Made by a program: the position numbers and the translations under genes. The notes under the pieces are model-generated. The model had not been told where the DNA came from. It did not search any database and saw nothing but the letters and a program-made list of their open reading frames with translations. A stretch of 46,966 nt of DNA from Chloroflexia bacterium (GTDB lineage: Bacteria > Chloroflexota > Chloroflexia > QHBQ01 > JADMIH01): the NCBI GenBank assembly GCA_038246925.1, contig JBBRVL010000001.1, positions 1 to 46,966 on the forward strand. Reading direction: 5' to 3'. Of this stretch, positions 8,892 through 17,336 are shown in pieces. Position 1 is the first letter of the stretch, and the number at the start of each line of letters is the position of its first letter.

Positions 8892-10141
8892 GGGTCGCCT
8901 ATTGTATTAGGGCGCTTTTCCCACAGCACGGCTATGGCGGGCTGGAGCGTGCAGGCACCGAGCTTATGAAAGAATTGCTTGCATTGGACGTTGACATAGA
9001 TCTGCTAACGCGCCGCCTGCCCAGGAACGAACCGATACGCGTCGGGCGTGCGAACGGCCACTTGAGGGTGCATACTGCGGAATATGGACGACTCCCGCTT
9101 CGCCCTAATGGTATCCCGGCGCGCCTCACGAATTATAGGAGCTTTGTCGAAGAGATCGGTACACATGTTTCAGGGCTTGCACGAGAGAGATTGGTTAATG
9201 CTATCTATGCTCATGGATTGTGTGCATGGGGCGTGAGACGGGCAGGCGAGTGGGGTGTGCCGCTTGTGGTCAATCCTCACGGGATGGAAGAGTTCAAATC
9301 CACCGACCGGCTGAAACGGTTGGCCTATGCGCCCTTTAGAGCATGGATGAGAGCAGCGAGCCAGGAAGCAGACCGTGTAATCGCCACCGACGCCGCCATG
9401 CGTGATGATGTCGCTCGGCTGCTCAAGATTGACCCTCGCAAGGTGGTTGTGTTACCGAATGGTATCGACCTGATGTCTATTGCGGCCCATACCGATCCAC
9501 AGGTTCAAGCTGGTCTCATCGGTCGGTGGCCCTATCTGAGCGGAGGTAGCGGCGGATTGCGTGGGATCAGCGTGGGAAGGCTAGAACAGAATAAGGGCTT
9601 CGAGTATCTGGTACGCGCATTGGGCATGGCGAAAACTGAACTTGGTTCGGAATGGGGCTGGACACTTGTGGGCGAAGGCTCACAGAGGTCGCAATTGGAG
9701 CGTCTATCTGGAGAGCTTGGCCTGGAACGGCATCTATTTTTCGCCGGGCATTTAAGCGATAGCGAGCTTCATAATCTGTATGAGCTCTCAAACCTGTTTG
9801 CTCACCCGACCCTGTTTGAAGGTAGCTCACTCGTAACGCTCGAAGCAATGGCCCATGGCTTGCCCGTGGTGGCGAGCACGACAGGCGGCATCCCGGACAA
9901 GGTGTCCAATGGGGTGAACGGGTTTCTTGTGAAGCCTGGCGATGCCCCGGGCCTGGCGGACCGACTTGTTTGGATCGCAGCCCACACGGATGAGAGGGCA
10001 GAGATGGGCCGACGAAGCGTCTCCGCAGCGCGACAATTCGACTGGTCGCATATCGCTCAGGCTACAAAGCGGCTGTTAGCGGAATTGGTCGAGGAAAAAG
10101 TGCCTTGCGGGGATAATGAGGTGCAGCCACGAGCGCTATAG
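8888..10141 (+). CDS. Glycosyltransferase family 4
   Basis: MRVAYCIRALFPQHGYGGLE at the N-terminus. EGSSLVTLEAMAHGLPVV supplies the EX7E motif. ATGA start/stop overlap with the upstream gene. Confidence 0.85.
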   Translation: MRVAYCIRALFPQHGYGGLERAGTELMKELLALDVDIDLLTRRLPRNEPIRVGRANGHLRVHTAEYGRLPLRPNGIPARLTNYRSFVEEIGTHVSGLARERLVNAIYAHGLCAWGVRRAGEWGVPLVVNPHGMEEFKSTDRLKRLAYAPFRAWMRAASQEADRVIATDAAMRDDVARLLKIDPRKVVVLPNGIDLMSIAAHTDPQVQAGLIGRWPYLSGGSGGLRGISVGRLEQNKGFEYLVRALGMAKTELGSEWGWTLVGEGSQRSQLERLSGELGLERHLFFAGHLSDSELHNLYELSNLFAHPTLFEGSSLVTLEAMAHGLPVVASTTGGIPDKVSNGVNGFLVKPGDAPGLADRLVWIAAHTDERAEMGRRSVSAARQFDWSHIAQATKRLLAELVEEKVPCGDNEVQPRAL

Positions 10142-10143
10142 AT

Positions 10144-12939
10144 GTGCTGAGAACGCTGCTCGGCATCGCCCTTTTACCAGTATATCTGTACGTTCCGGGC
10201 GCGGTGCTACTTAGTGGGGTTGGGAGACGGGCAGGTGGCCCTCTGCCGTTCGCCGGCCGCGAGGAGTGGGTCTTCGTTGCTGCCGTTGTGAGCTTGCTTG
10301 TAACCGGCGTTGTGGGGTTGACGCTCGCGCAGATCGGGCTTTTTAGCTGGTGGCTTGTTCTTCTGGTGAACATCCTGTTGTCGGTTGCTCTTTCCATGAG
10401 GGCCTGGAACGGTGTGTGGTCATATCGTGGACTCCTTCAAGCTCTCGCGCCACCACGGCCCGCGCCCCAGCGTATGGAAGACCGCAAGCAGGCGCGTTTG
10501 CAACGATTTGGCCTCCTGGGTGTCGCTCTGCTGGCCCTGGTTCTGTTCTCACGACCCGCCGAGATGTTGCGGGGCGCTCTCGACTCAGGGGTCTATATCA
10601 ATTCGGGTGTTGGCATCGGCAGGACAGGCGCGATATTCCAGCGAGACTTACTCATGCGCCAGCTCAACGACGACGCGGGCGAGGGTAGGCAAGTAATGCA
10701 GGAGTTGAACCGGGACAGATACACGCTGTACCGCCTGAGGATGCCGGGGTTTTACGTGTACGATAAGCAGGCCGCCCTGGTAGTGCCGCAGCATTACTCA
10801 TTATTCCCTGTGTGGATAGGGCTTCTCTACTCCTTGTTTGGGATCTGGGGAGCGCTATATGCGACGCCACTGCTCGCTTTCTTGTCGGTCGTTACGGTTT
10901 ATTTCTTTGCTCGGCGGGCGCTCACACCGGGCGCGGCGCTGTTGGCGCTATTGTTCCTGGTGCTCTGTCCCGTCACGATATGGTTCGCCCGCTATCCGAT
11001 AGCCGAGGTGCTTACTGGTCTACTCGCATTTATCGGCTTCTATGCGTTCATGCGTATGATACAGGCAGATCGCCTCGCCTATGTGACGGGTAGCCAATTG
11101 ACTTCACCCGTTGAACCGCCCGCGCCGTCTGCTCGACCGTGGGCTTTGTTCTGGGGCGCGCTCGCGGGTGTCGCCCTGGGGCAGATTGCACTGGCACGTG
11201 CTGACTTCATCTTCTATCTAGCGCCTATCGTACCATATCTACTCTATTGGCGACTTGGCAGGCGATGGCGATCCGAATACAGTTGGTTCGCTGGCGGGCT
11301 TCTGATGATGCTTGTGCTTTTCCTGGTCCATTTCTTCTTCTTCAGCTTTGGATACACCTTAGATCTCTATCACAATGTTCTTCAGGACATTCGCCGCCTC
11401 TGGTCTCCCCTCTTGCTCGCACTGTATGTGGGGGTGCCGTTGCTCATTTTGCTCGACAGACTCTATTCACGTCTCGCGCCGGTATGGTTGCGTGCAGGCC
11501 GTTGGATAAAGCAGTACGCCTGGTTACTTGTGGGCGCTATAGTTCTCGCCGTAGGGGTTTACGCTATATATCGCTACCTTGTCGGACCCTGGCTCCCTAA
11601 TCTTCGCACAGACAATGCGGGGCGAGCCTTGCCGCAGGAGGTCATCACAACCTGGCAGAGCTATATTGGCGCGCCCGTCGACTTGGGCGAGCGCTATAAC
11701 CTGCTGAGGATTGGCTGGTACCTCTCTCCGCTTGGTATGCTGCTTGGTGTTGTCGGATTCTTACGTCTGATATGGAATAGACTCAATGCCGCAACCGGGC
11801 TCTTTTTTGGCGTATTCTTTGTTTTAACCTTTATCTTCCTCGAAGAGAGCTATACCGACCCACATTATATCTACACTATGCGTCGCTACATCGCCGTGAC
11901 TCTGCCCGGTTTACTTTTAGGGGCTGCGTGGGCCTGCCAGTTTTTGTGGGCGCGCCTGCGTCCTCGGACGGTTGGGCGGGTGTTGGCTGGAGCGCTCGCT
12001 TCTGCACTATGCATCTTCTTCATATATACATCGCAAACAATCGTAAAGCACGTTGAAGCCAATGGGGCCGTCCAACAGTTGTCTGATCTAGCCGCTCGAA
12101 TACCCGAGAAGTCGGTAGTGCTTTTTAGCAATGAGCGTGACGAGCCTTTTGTAGTGGCAACACCCTTACAATACATTTTCGGTATCGAGAGTTTTGTGCT
12201 GAACCGTCCCTATCCGGATGTGAAGAATGAGGTTCTCAATGGCATGGTTGAGAGGTGGCGCAAACAGGGATACAATGTCTGGGTATTGATGAGCGCGAAC
12301 GGCGGCAAACTGAATCTTCCGAGTTATTCGTTGAAGGAAGAGGGAGCGTGGGATTACGACGTTCCAGAATTCGAGCAGCTACTTTACCAGAAGCCGTACA
12401 ATGTTTCGCGGTCATACCTGCCGTGGGGCCTCTATTCTGTTCAAGCTAAAACTCCTTCGCAAGGGCTACCCTTTAGTCTAGATATAGGCGTCATGGATTA
12501 CAAATGGCTGGTCGCAGGCTTCTACTTGCAGGAGCAGGCTGAAGCGGATAGCTCACCCTGGCGGTGGACCGGCGACCACTCCGTTCTGCGGCTGCCATTA
12601 GAGAAAGCGGGCGATGGTAAAACTTTCACGGCAGCCACTCTCAAACTTCGTTTGCGTCCTGAAACACCTGTCACCAATCAGGGTGCGGTGCGGAAGGAGC
12701 CGGTGACGGTCACACTCCGGCTTGGCGAGAGTAATATTGGTCAGGTAACAGTGCCCCCAGGTACGGGTTTTGTCGATTACACCGTGAGGATACCGGCAGG
12801 GGTGGCAGTGCAGAGTGATGAGCCTGACGGCGCTCTTCTGCATATCTTAGCGCCAACATGGTCAGGCCAACGCGCCGGAATCAGTTATGACCAACGGGCG
12901 CTCGGTATTCAAATCGATTCTGTCGAAGTAACACCTTGA
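10144..12939 (+). CDS. Large polytopic membrane protein (931 aa), putative GT-C-like glycosyltransferase with a roughly 300-aa C-terminal soluble domain
   Basis: Many hydrophobic segments run through about residue 635, followed by a hydrophilic, beta-rich-looking tail. Sits inside the GT cluster with a GTG start 2 nt after the upstream stop. No family signature could be confirmed by eye. Confidence 0.5.
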   Translation: MLRTLLGIALLPVYLYVPGAVLLSGVGRRAGGPLPFAGREEWVFVAAVVSLLVTGVVGLTLAQIGLFSWWLVLLVNILLSVALSMRAWNGVWSYRGLLQALAPPRPAPQRMEDRKQARLQRFGLLGVALLALVLFSRPAEMLRGALDSGVYINSGVGIGRTGAIFQRDLLMRQLNDDAGEGRQVMQELNRDRYTLYRLRMPGFYVYDKQAALVVPQHYSLFPVWIGLLYSLFGIWGALYATPLLAFLSVVTVYFFARRALTPGAALLALLFLVLCPVTIWFARYPIAEVLTGLLAFIGFYAFMRMIQADRLAYVTGSQLTSPVEPPAPSARPWALFWGALAGVALGQIALARADFIFYLAPIVPYLLYWRLGRRWRSEYSWFAGGLLMMLVLFLVHFFFFSFGYTLDLYHNVLQDIRRLWSPLLLALYVGVPLLILLDRLYSRLAPVWLRAGRWIKQYAWLLVGAIVLAVGVYAIYRYLVGPWLPNLRTDNAGRALPQEVITTWQSYIGAPVDLGERYNLLRIGWYLSPLGMLLGVVGFLRLIWNRLNAATGLFFGVFFVLTFIFLEESYTDPHYIYTMRRYIAVTLPGLLLGAAWACQFLWARLRPRTVGRVLAGALASALCIFFIYTSQTIVKHVEANGAVQQLSDLAARIPEKSVVLFSNERDEPFVVATPLQYIFGIESFVLNRPYPDVKNEVLNGMVERWRKQGYNVWVLMSANGGKLNLPSYSLKEEGAWDYDVPEFEQLLYQKPYNVSRSYLPWGLYSVQAKTPSQGLPFSLDIGVMDYKWLVAGFYLQEQAEADSSPWRWTGDHSVLRLPLEKAGDGKTFTAATLKLRLRPETPVTNQGAVRKEPVTVTLRLGESNIGQVTVPPGTGFVDYTVRIPAGVAVQSDEPDGALLHILAPTWSGQRAGISYDQRALGIQIDSVEVTP

Positions 12940-12967
12940 GGCAATGACGAATTGGCTATCAGCTATT

Positions 12968-13081
12968 GGTTCAAGGTTCAAGGTTCAAAGTTGCTAATGC
13001 CTAATCCAAACAATAAAAATCTTGGCGGTTTCTTGGCGCTCTTGGCGTCTTGGCGGTTCCGTCCTAATTCGTAATTCGTAA
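12968..13081. repeat. Three adjacent short tandem repeat arrays: GGTTCAA x3, CTTGGCG x4 (variable 1-4 nt spacers) and TAATTCG x2.4
   Basis: GGTTCAA array at 12968-12988. CTTGGCG copies at 13021, 13032, 13041 and 13049. TAATTCG array at 13065-13081. All lie in the 154-bp spacer before the flippase gene. Confidence 0.85.
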
Positions 13082-13093
13082 GAAGATCACTTT

Positions 13094-14704
13094 ATGGCAG
13101 CAGAGAGCAAAAGGCAGGCGAGCAAACCACTGGTCGAGCGGGCAGGTTGGGCCGTGTTATGGAACGCGGCCTTCTTTCCGATCAAGATACTGGTTCCGTT
13201 CGTATCGAGCGTGATAGTGGTGCGCTCACTACGCGGTGAGGGCTTTGCGATCCTTAGCCTGGCAACGGCGCTGCTGACCTTTCTTGGGCTTTTCGCCGAC
13301 CTCGGGATCGAGCGGACCCTGCCTCGTTTTTACCCTGAAATCGAGATGCGTTACGGGAGGCGCGGCACCGTCCGTCTCCTCTTCATGGTAGCGCTCATAA
13401 AGGGTGGTGTGCTACTCCTCCTGATAGGGGCATTAGCACTCTTCCCCGATTACTGGATTAGAACTTTCAATCTCGGCGAAACGGGCGGGTGGCTTCTCTT
13501 TTTCATTGCTATACTCCTTGTTCTGGGGGCAGCTTCGGATGTGTCGGTGCAGTTTCTGTACGCGCATTTTCGCCAGAAGGTAACGAACTCGCTGGACGTG
13601 CTTGCCGCCGTGGTATATCCAACTCTCACCGCGCTGCTGGTGCTGGCGGGCTGGAATGTGCTGGGCGCGATTCTGGCTCTCCTTATCACGACTATTCTCT
13701 CAGTGGCGCTGGCCTTGTGGCAGGTCTGGCGACTCCTGCGCGAGATGCCCGAGGAGCCGCATAGGAAAGCCTCGGAAGTGAAAATTCCCTCTAGCCGCTC
13801 GCTCCGACAGAGATTGGTCTCATTTGCCGGGCTGAATTATCTGATCAACTGGACTGTCTACCTGTACGACCTCCCGTTCGTGGTGCTGACCGTCAGCCTA
13901 CTGGTCACGGCGCCAAAGGATAAGACACTAGAAGTGGCAGTTGTAGCCCTGGCCTATAAGTTTACCAAGCAGTTCTTACGTGCGCTTGTTGTGCCGCTAA
14001 CCGGGGTACAGACGCCATTGTTCGCCCGTCTGTATGCGGAGGGCCGCATCGAGGGGCTGAACACAGCGTATGCCACTATAACCAAGTTTTTACTGCTTGC
14101 CCTGCTTCCCTCTGGTGTCGGGCTTGTGTTGATCGCGCGTAATGTGCTTCAGGTACTTTATGGGCAGGTAGGGCTTGATGCGGTGGTCACCCAACTCACT
14201 ATGCCAACGATAATTGCCTGCACCGCAATCCTTGCATTCGGGCTTTTCGGCGAGGCCATTATCAGCGTTGCGCTCAATGTCTTGATGGTTTATGAGGATT
14301 ATCGTGCGGTGATCACGGCCCGGTTAGTGGCGCTGGTAAGTATTCCATTGATGCTATTGCTTGTGCCTGAGTTTGGGGCGGTGGGGGCAGCGCTGGCGGC
14401 GGCAACTGCGGGACTGGCTTCTCGTGGAGTCGCCCTCGGCTATGCTGTTACTCGTTTGGATTTGCGATTCCCTGGACGTTTTTTCGTGCGGGTTGGCACT
14501 TCCTCTTTACTCATGGGTGTGGCGCTTCTCCCCTTTCTCGCGTTCCTCCCACCCAATATTCTCTCTACGATCCTAATGCTGCTGACAGGCGTAGCAGTCT
14601 TCTATGCAGCGTTCAAATTGCTCGGGGGAATGGACACGGAGGACAAGGACAGGTTCGCGGCATTACGCATCCCGTTCGCCCAGACTCTTCTGAGGTTCCT
14701 TTAA
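13094..14704 (+). CDS. Polysaccharide/oligosaccharide flippase of the MOP superfamily (Wzx-like)
   Basis: 536 aa with about 14 TM segments. The N-terminal pattern (IKILVPFVSSVIVVRSLRGEGFAILSLA) is typical of polysaccharide biosynthesis protein (Wzx) families rather than MurJ. Confidence 0.75.
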   Translation: MAAESKRQASKPLVERAGWAVLWNAAFFPIKILVPFVSSVIVVRSLRGEGFAILSLATALLTFLGLFADLGIERTLPRFYPEIEMRYGRRGTVRLLFMVALIKGGVLLLLIGALALFPDYWIRTFNLGETGGWLLFFIAILLVLGAASDVSVQFLYAHFRQKVTNSLDVLAAVVYPTLTALLVLAGWNVLGAILALLITTILSVALALWQVWRLLREMPEEPHRKASEVKIPSSRSLRQRLVSFAGLNYLINWTVYLYDLPFVVLTVSLLVTAPKDKTLEVAVVALAYKFTKQFLRALVVPLTGVQTPLFARLYAEGRIEGLNTAYATITKFLLLALLPSGVGLVLIARNVLQVLYGQVGLDAVVTQLTMPTIIACTAILAFGLFGEAIISVALNVLMVYEDYRAVITARLVALVSIPLMLLLVPEFGAVGAALAAATAGLASRGVALGYAVTRLDLRFPGRFFVRVGTSSLLMGVALLPFLAFLPPNILSTILMLLTGVAVFYAAFKLLGGMDTEDKDRFAALRIPFAQTLLRFL

Positions 14705-14705
14705 G

Positions 14706-15926
14706 ATGAGGGTTGCTATCGTTACGACCGCGGGAGTAACCAGGCAATTCAGGCAGTGGCCCGAGGCGATACTTGGGCGGGCTCTTATAGCGCGTGGCCA
14801 CACTGTTTCGGCATTCACTTTGCGCGAGAAAGGCTCTGCCATAACCGGAGAACGCTGGGAGGATGTTGATGGAATAGATGTGCGGCGTGTTGAGGTCAGC
14901 AAGGCATGGACAGCACCGGCCTTGCCGCTCGCGCTGGCTAGCTTCGGGCCTGATGTCATCCACCTTTTTCACCTGAGGAACGCTCTGAACTGGCAAGCAA
15001 TAATCGTTGCGCGCCTCTTACGCGTCCCGGTCGTGTTCACCGTAGTAGGCCCGTTCCACGACCCCTACCTCGTTGACGACCGTGAGCGGCCATATTCGGG
15101 GAAAATGTACCCACGACGTTTGATTTATACTCCAACCAGATTACTACGTCGTCTGGCACAGTCACGGGGCCGCAAGCCGCTGGCGATCTGGCAGAACTGG
15201 TGTATGCACTACCCGATGGCCGCAGCGGACCGGCTGATTGCACTTTCTCGTCATGAGGTTGGGTTGCTTCGGATCATGGGATTTGGTCCCGCGAAGGTAA
15301 GGCAGATCCCTCTCTGGATTGACGTGCTATATATCAGGTCGGTGCCGTTTGGCGAGTCTCTAGCTGCGTCGTACACATCGCCCCATATCCTTTTCCTCGG
15401 CCAGCTAAAGGAGCGTAAAGGTTATGATCTCCTTGCGCGTGCTATGCCAAGTGTACTCGCCCAGTTTCCAACAGCCACATTTCTCTTCGCGGGACAGAAC
15501 CCGGCCCAGGCAGGCAATTTGACCAGGATATGCTCTCAGAATGGAAGTCTTGAGCGTACGGTGCTGCTTGGCCGCGTCGAGGAAGAAGACAAGGTGAGGC
15601 TGATGCGCTCGTCCGACTGCCTGGTGTATCCAACTCGCTACGAGAGCTTCGGTCTGCCTCCGATCGAGGCAATGGCCTGCGGGTGCCCTGTGGTAGCGAC
15701 GAATATTCCGGTCGTAAACGAGATGATCACACATGGCGTGAACGGCATCCTTGTAGAACGGGAGGACCCAGTTTCGTTGGCCGAAGGTATCATTCGTCTG
15801 CTGAAAGATAGCTCGCTCCGAAAGGCTCTTGTTGCTGGGGGGTACCAGACACTGGAACGATACGCGGAGCCAATCCAGATAGCCCGTATGGAGAAGCTCT
15901 ATATGGAACTTACGGCAAGATCATAG
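14706..15926 (+). CDS. Glycosyltransferase family 4
   Basis: MRVAIVTTAG at the N-terminus. ESFGLPPIEAMACGCPVVATN supplies the EX7E motif. Starts 1 nt after the flippase stop. Confidence 0.85.
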   Translation: MRVAIVTTAGVTRQFRQWPEAILGRALIARGHTVSAFTLREKGSAITGERWEDVDGIDVRRVEVSKAWTAPALPLALASFGPDVIHLFHLRNALNWQAIIVARLLRVPVVFTVVGPFHDPYLVDDRERPYSGKMYPRRLIYTPTRLLRRLAQSRGRKPLAIWQNWCMHYPMAAADRLIALSRHEVGLLRIMGFGPAKVRQIPLWIDVLYIRSVPFGESLAASYTSPHILFLGQLKERKGYDLLARAMPSVLAQFPTATFLFAGQNPAQAGNLTRICSQNGSLERTVLLGRVEEEDKVRLMRSSDCLVYPTRYESFGLPPIEAMACGCPVVATNIPVVNEMITHGVNGILVEREDPVSLAEGIIRLLKDSSLRKALVAGGYQTLERYAEPIQIARMEKLYMELTARS

Positions 15927-16010
15927 TAGAGCATATCATTGTAGCATGATGATCGCTGCTTACTCGCAATTTACTCAACCATGCTAATTACATGGGAGTG
16001 ATAACACTAC

Positions 16011-16019
16011 TGTTATAAT
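16011..16019 (+). promoter_or_regulatory. Extended -10 promoter element (TGtTATAAT) 6 nt upstream of the GTG at 16026
   Basis: tgttataat at 16011-16019. Its spacing to the start codon is the same as for the element at 93-101. Confidence 0.4.
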
Positions 16020-16025
16020 AACGCG

Positions 16026-17336
16026 GTGATTCTACAAATCCAAAATCCAAAATCCAAAATCCAAAATCCGCTACGCGTTCTCTATTTGATTGGCTCTTAT
16101 GGACCCCATGTAATGGGTAACGCCAGCCACGAGCAGATGGTACTCGCGCTCCGGGCACGCGGCCACGATGTTGATGTATTCACCCAGATTACAGAGCCGG
16201 GGAAGCCGCTCTACACAAAAGCGGTCTATTCAGGTGTTACTGTCTATCAGGTGAACCTGACCGCTTCGGGTAGCCGTCTGGGTGGTTGGGTGCGTCCACT
16301 CGCAAGTAAGCTGCTACAGTACGAATACCTACCACAGATCGTCGCGGCATTTCGACGGCATCTTCGCACTCGTGAATATGACCTCCTACACGTAGAGGGA
16401 GCTTATCCTTTTGGTCTGGTTGCCGCGCTTACAGCGGGGAAAACGCCGTTTCTGGTGAATGTACAGGGTGCGGATGTCATCAGACTTCCTGAGGCGGACT
16501 ATGGGTATCGCCGCTTCCGACTACCCAGGGCGGCAGTATCATTCGTTTTCAAACGGGCGTCACTTGTGCGCTCTATATCGCCCCTCCTTGCGGATTACAT
16601 CGTGGGCGAAGGACTGGTAGAACGGGAGCGCGTCGAAGTGATTCTACGTTCTATCGAAGACTCGGCCTTTCCCCCGCCAGGAGAGCAACTTGATGATTTC
16701 CGGTCGGACAGCAGGCGTGAGATTGGCGACCGCTACGGGGTTGGGTTGAACAGGCCAATAGTTATTGCCCTCAGTCGCTTACACCCGTTCAAGGGCCTGG
16801 AATACCTTGTGGATGCTATTCCGCAGGTAATAGCCGCCCGGAATGCAGAGGGTAAACAGCCGCCCTGGTTCTTGATATGCGGGCCAAGCAGAAGTACGCC
16901 CAACTTTGGCGATTACCGCGAGTTTCTTCTACATCGAGCTGCCGACAACGGCGTCGCGTCACACATTGTATTCACCGGGCAGGTTCCGCATGACGAAGTA
17001 CGTTGCCACCTTGCCTCGGCGCACGTGCTGGTCTGTCCATCGATTATTGAGGCTCAAAACAAGGTTGTGCCGGAGGCGTGCGCGGTTGGTACGCCGTCCG
17101 TTGTCACTTCTACTACAGGCATCACCTCTTATCTGGCACCGCTCGATGCCTGCATATCTGTGCCTCCGCGAGATGCCGATGCAATTGCGGAAGGGGTGCT
17201 TGATATGCTGAACTCTTCCGAGGCCTACAGCCATTTGCAGCAAAGGGCGTTGCGTGCAGCCGAGACGCTGCGTACTGAGACGCTAGCGCCAAAGTTGGAA
17301 AGTCTTTGGTACCGCACGGCTCAGCAGAAGGGCTAG
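16026..17336 (+). CDS. Glycosyltransferase family 4
   Basis: LRVLYLIGSYGP forms the first beta strand. EAQNKVVPEACAVGTPSV supplies the EX7E motif. The only canonical in-frame start upstream of that strand is the GTG at 16026, which places the heptamer tract in the coding sequence. Confidence 0.75.
   Translation: MILQIQNPKSKIQNPLRVLYLIGSYGPHVMGNASHEQMVLALRARGHDVDVFTQITEPGKPLYTKAVYSGVTVYQVNLTASGSRLGGWVRPLASKLLQYEYLPQIVAAFRRHLRTREYDLLHVEGAYPFGLVAALTAGKTPFLVNVQGADVIRLPEADYGYRRFRLPRAAVSFVFKRASLVRSISPLLADYIVGEGLVERERVEVILRSIEDSAFPPPGEQLDDFRSDSRREIGDRYGVGLNRPIVIALSRLHPFKGLEYLVDAIPQVIAARNAEGKQPPWFLICGPSRSTPNFGDYREFLLHRAADNGVASHIVFTGQVPHDEVRCHLASAHVLVCPSIIEAQNKVVPEACAVGTPSVVTSTTGITSYLAPLDACISVPPRDADAIAEGVLDMLNSSEAYSHLQQRALRAAETLRTETLAPKLESLWYRTAQQKG
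16035..16069 (+). repeat. Heptanucleotide tandem repeat (CAAATCC followed by AAAATCC x4) inside the 5' end of a GT4 ORF
   Basis: Five contiguous 7-bp units fill 16035-16069 and translate as QIQNPKSKIQNP in the GT4 frame. Confidence 0.9.

Noticed and set aside
12347-12361. AWDYD in the 931-aa protein as a possible WWDYG oligosaccharyltransferase motif
   Set aside because: Only WDY is shared, and it lies about 100 residues after the last predicted TM helix rather than immediately after it. It is too weak to call an STT3/PglB relationship without structural or HMM evidence.
12968-13081. Short tandem repeat arrays (also at 16035, 28819-28989 and 31096-31235) as CRISPR arrays
   Set aside because: The units are 7-9 bp and contiguous or nearly so, with no 25-40 bp repeats alternating with unique spacers. 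No cas genes are present.
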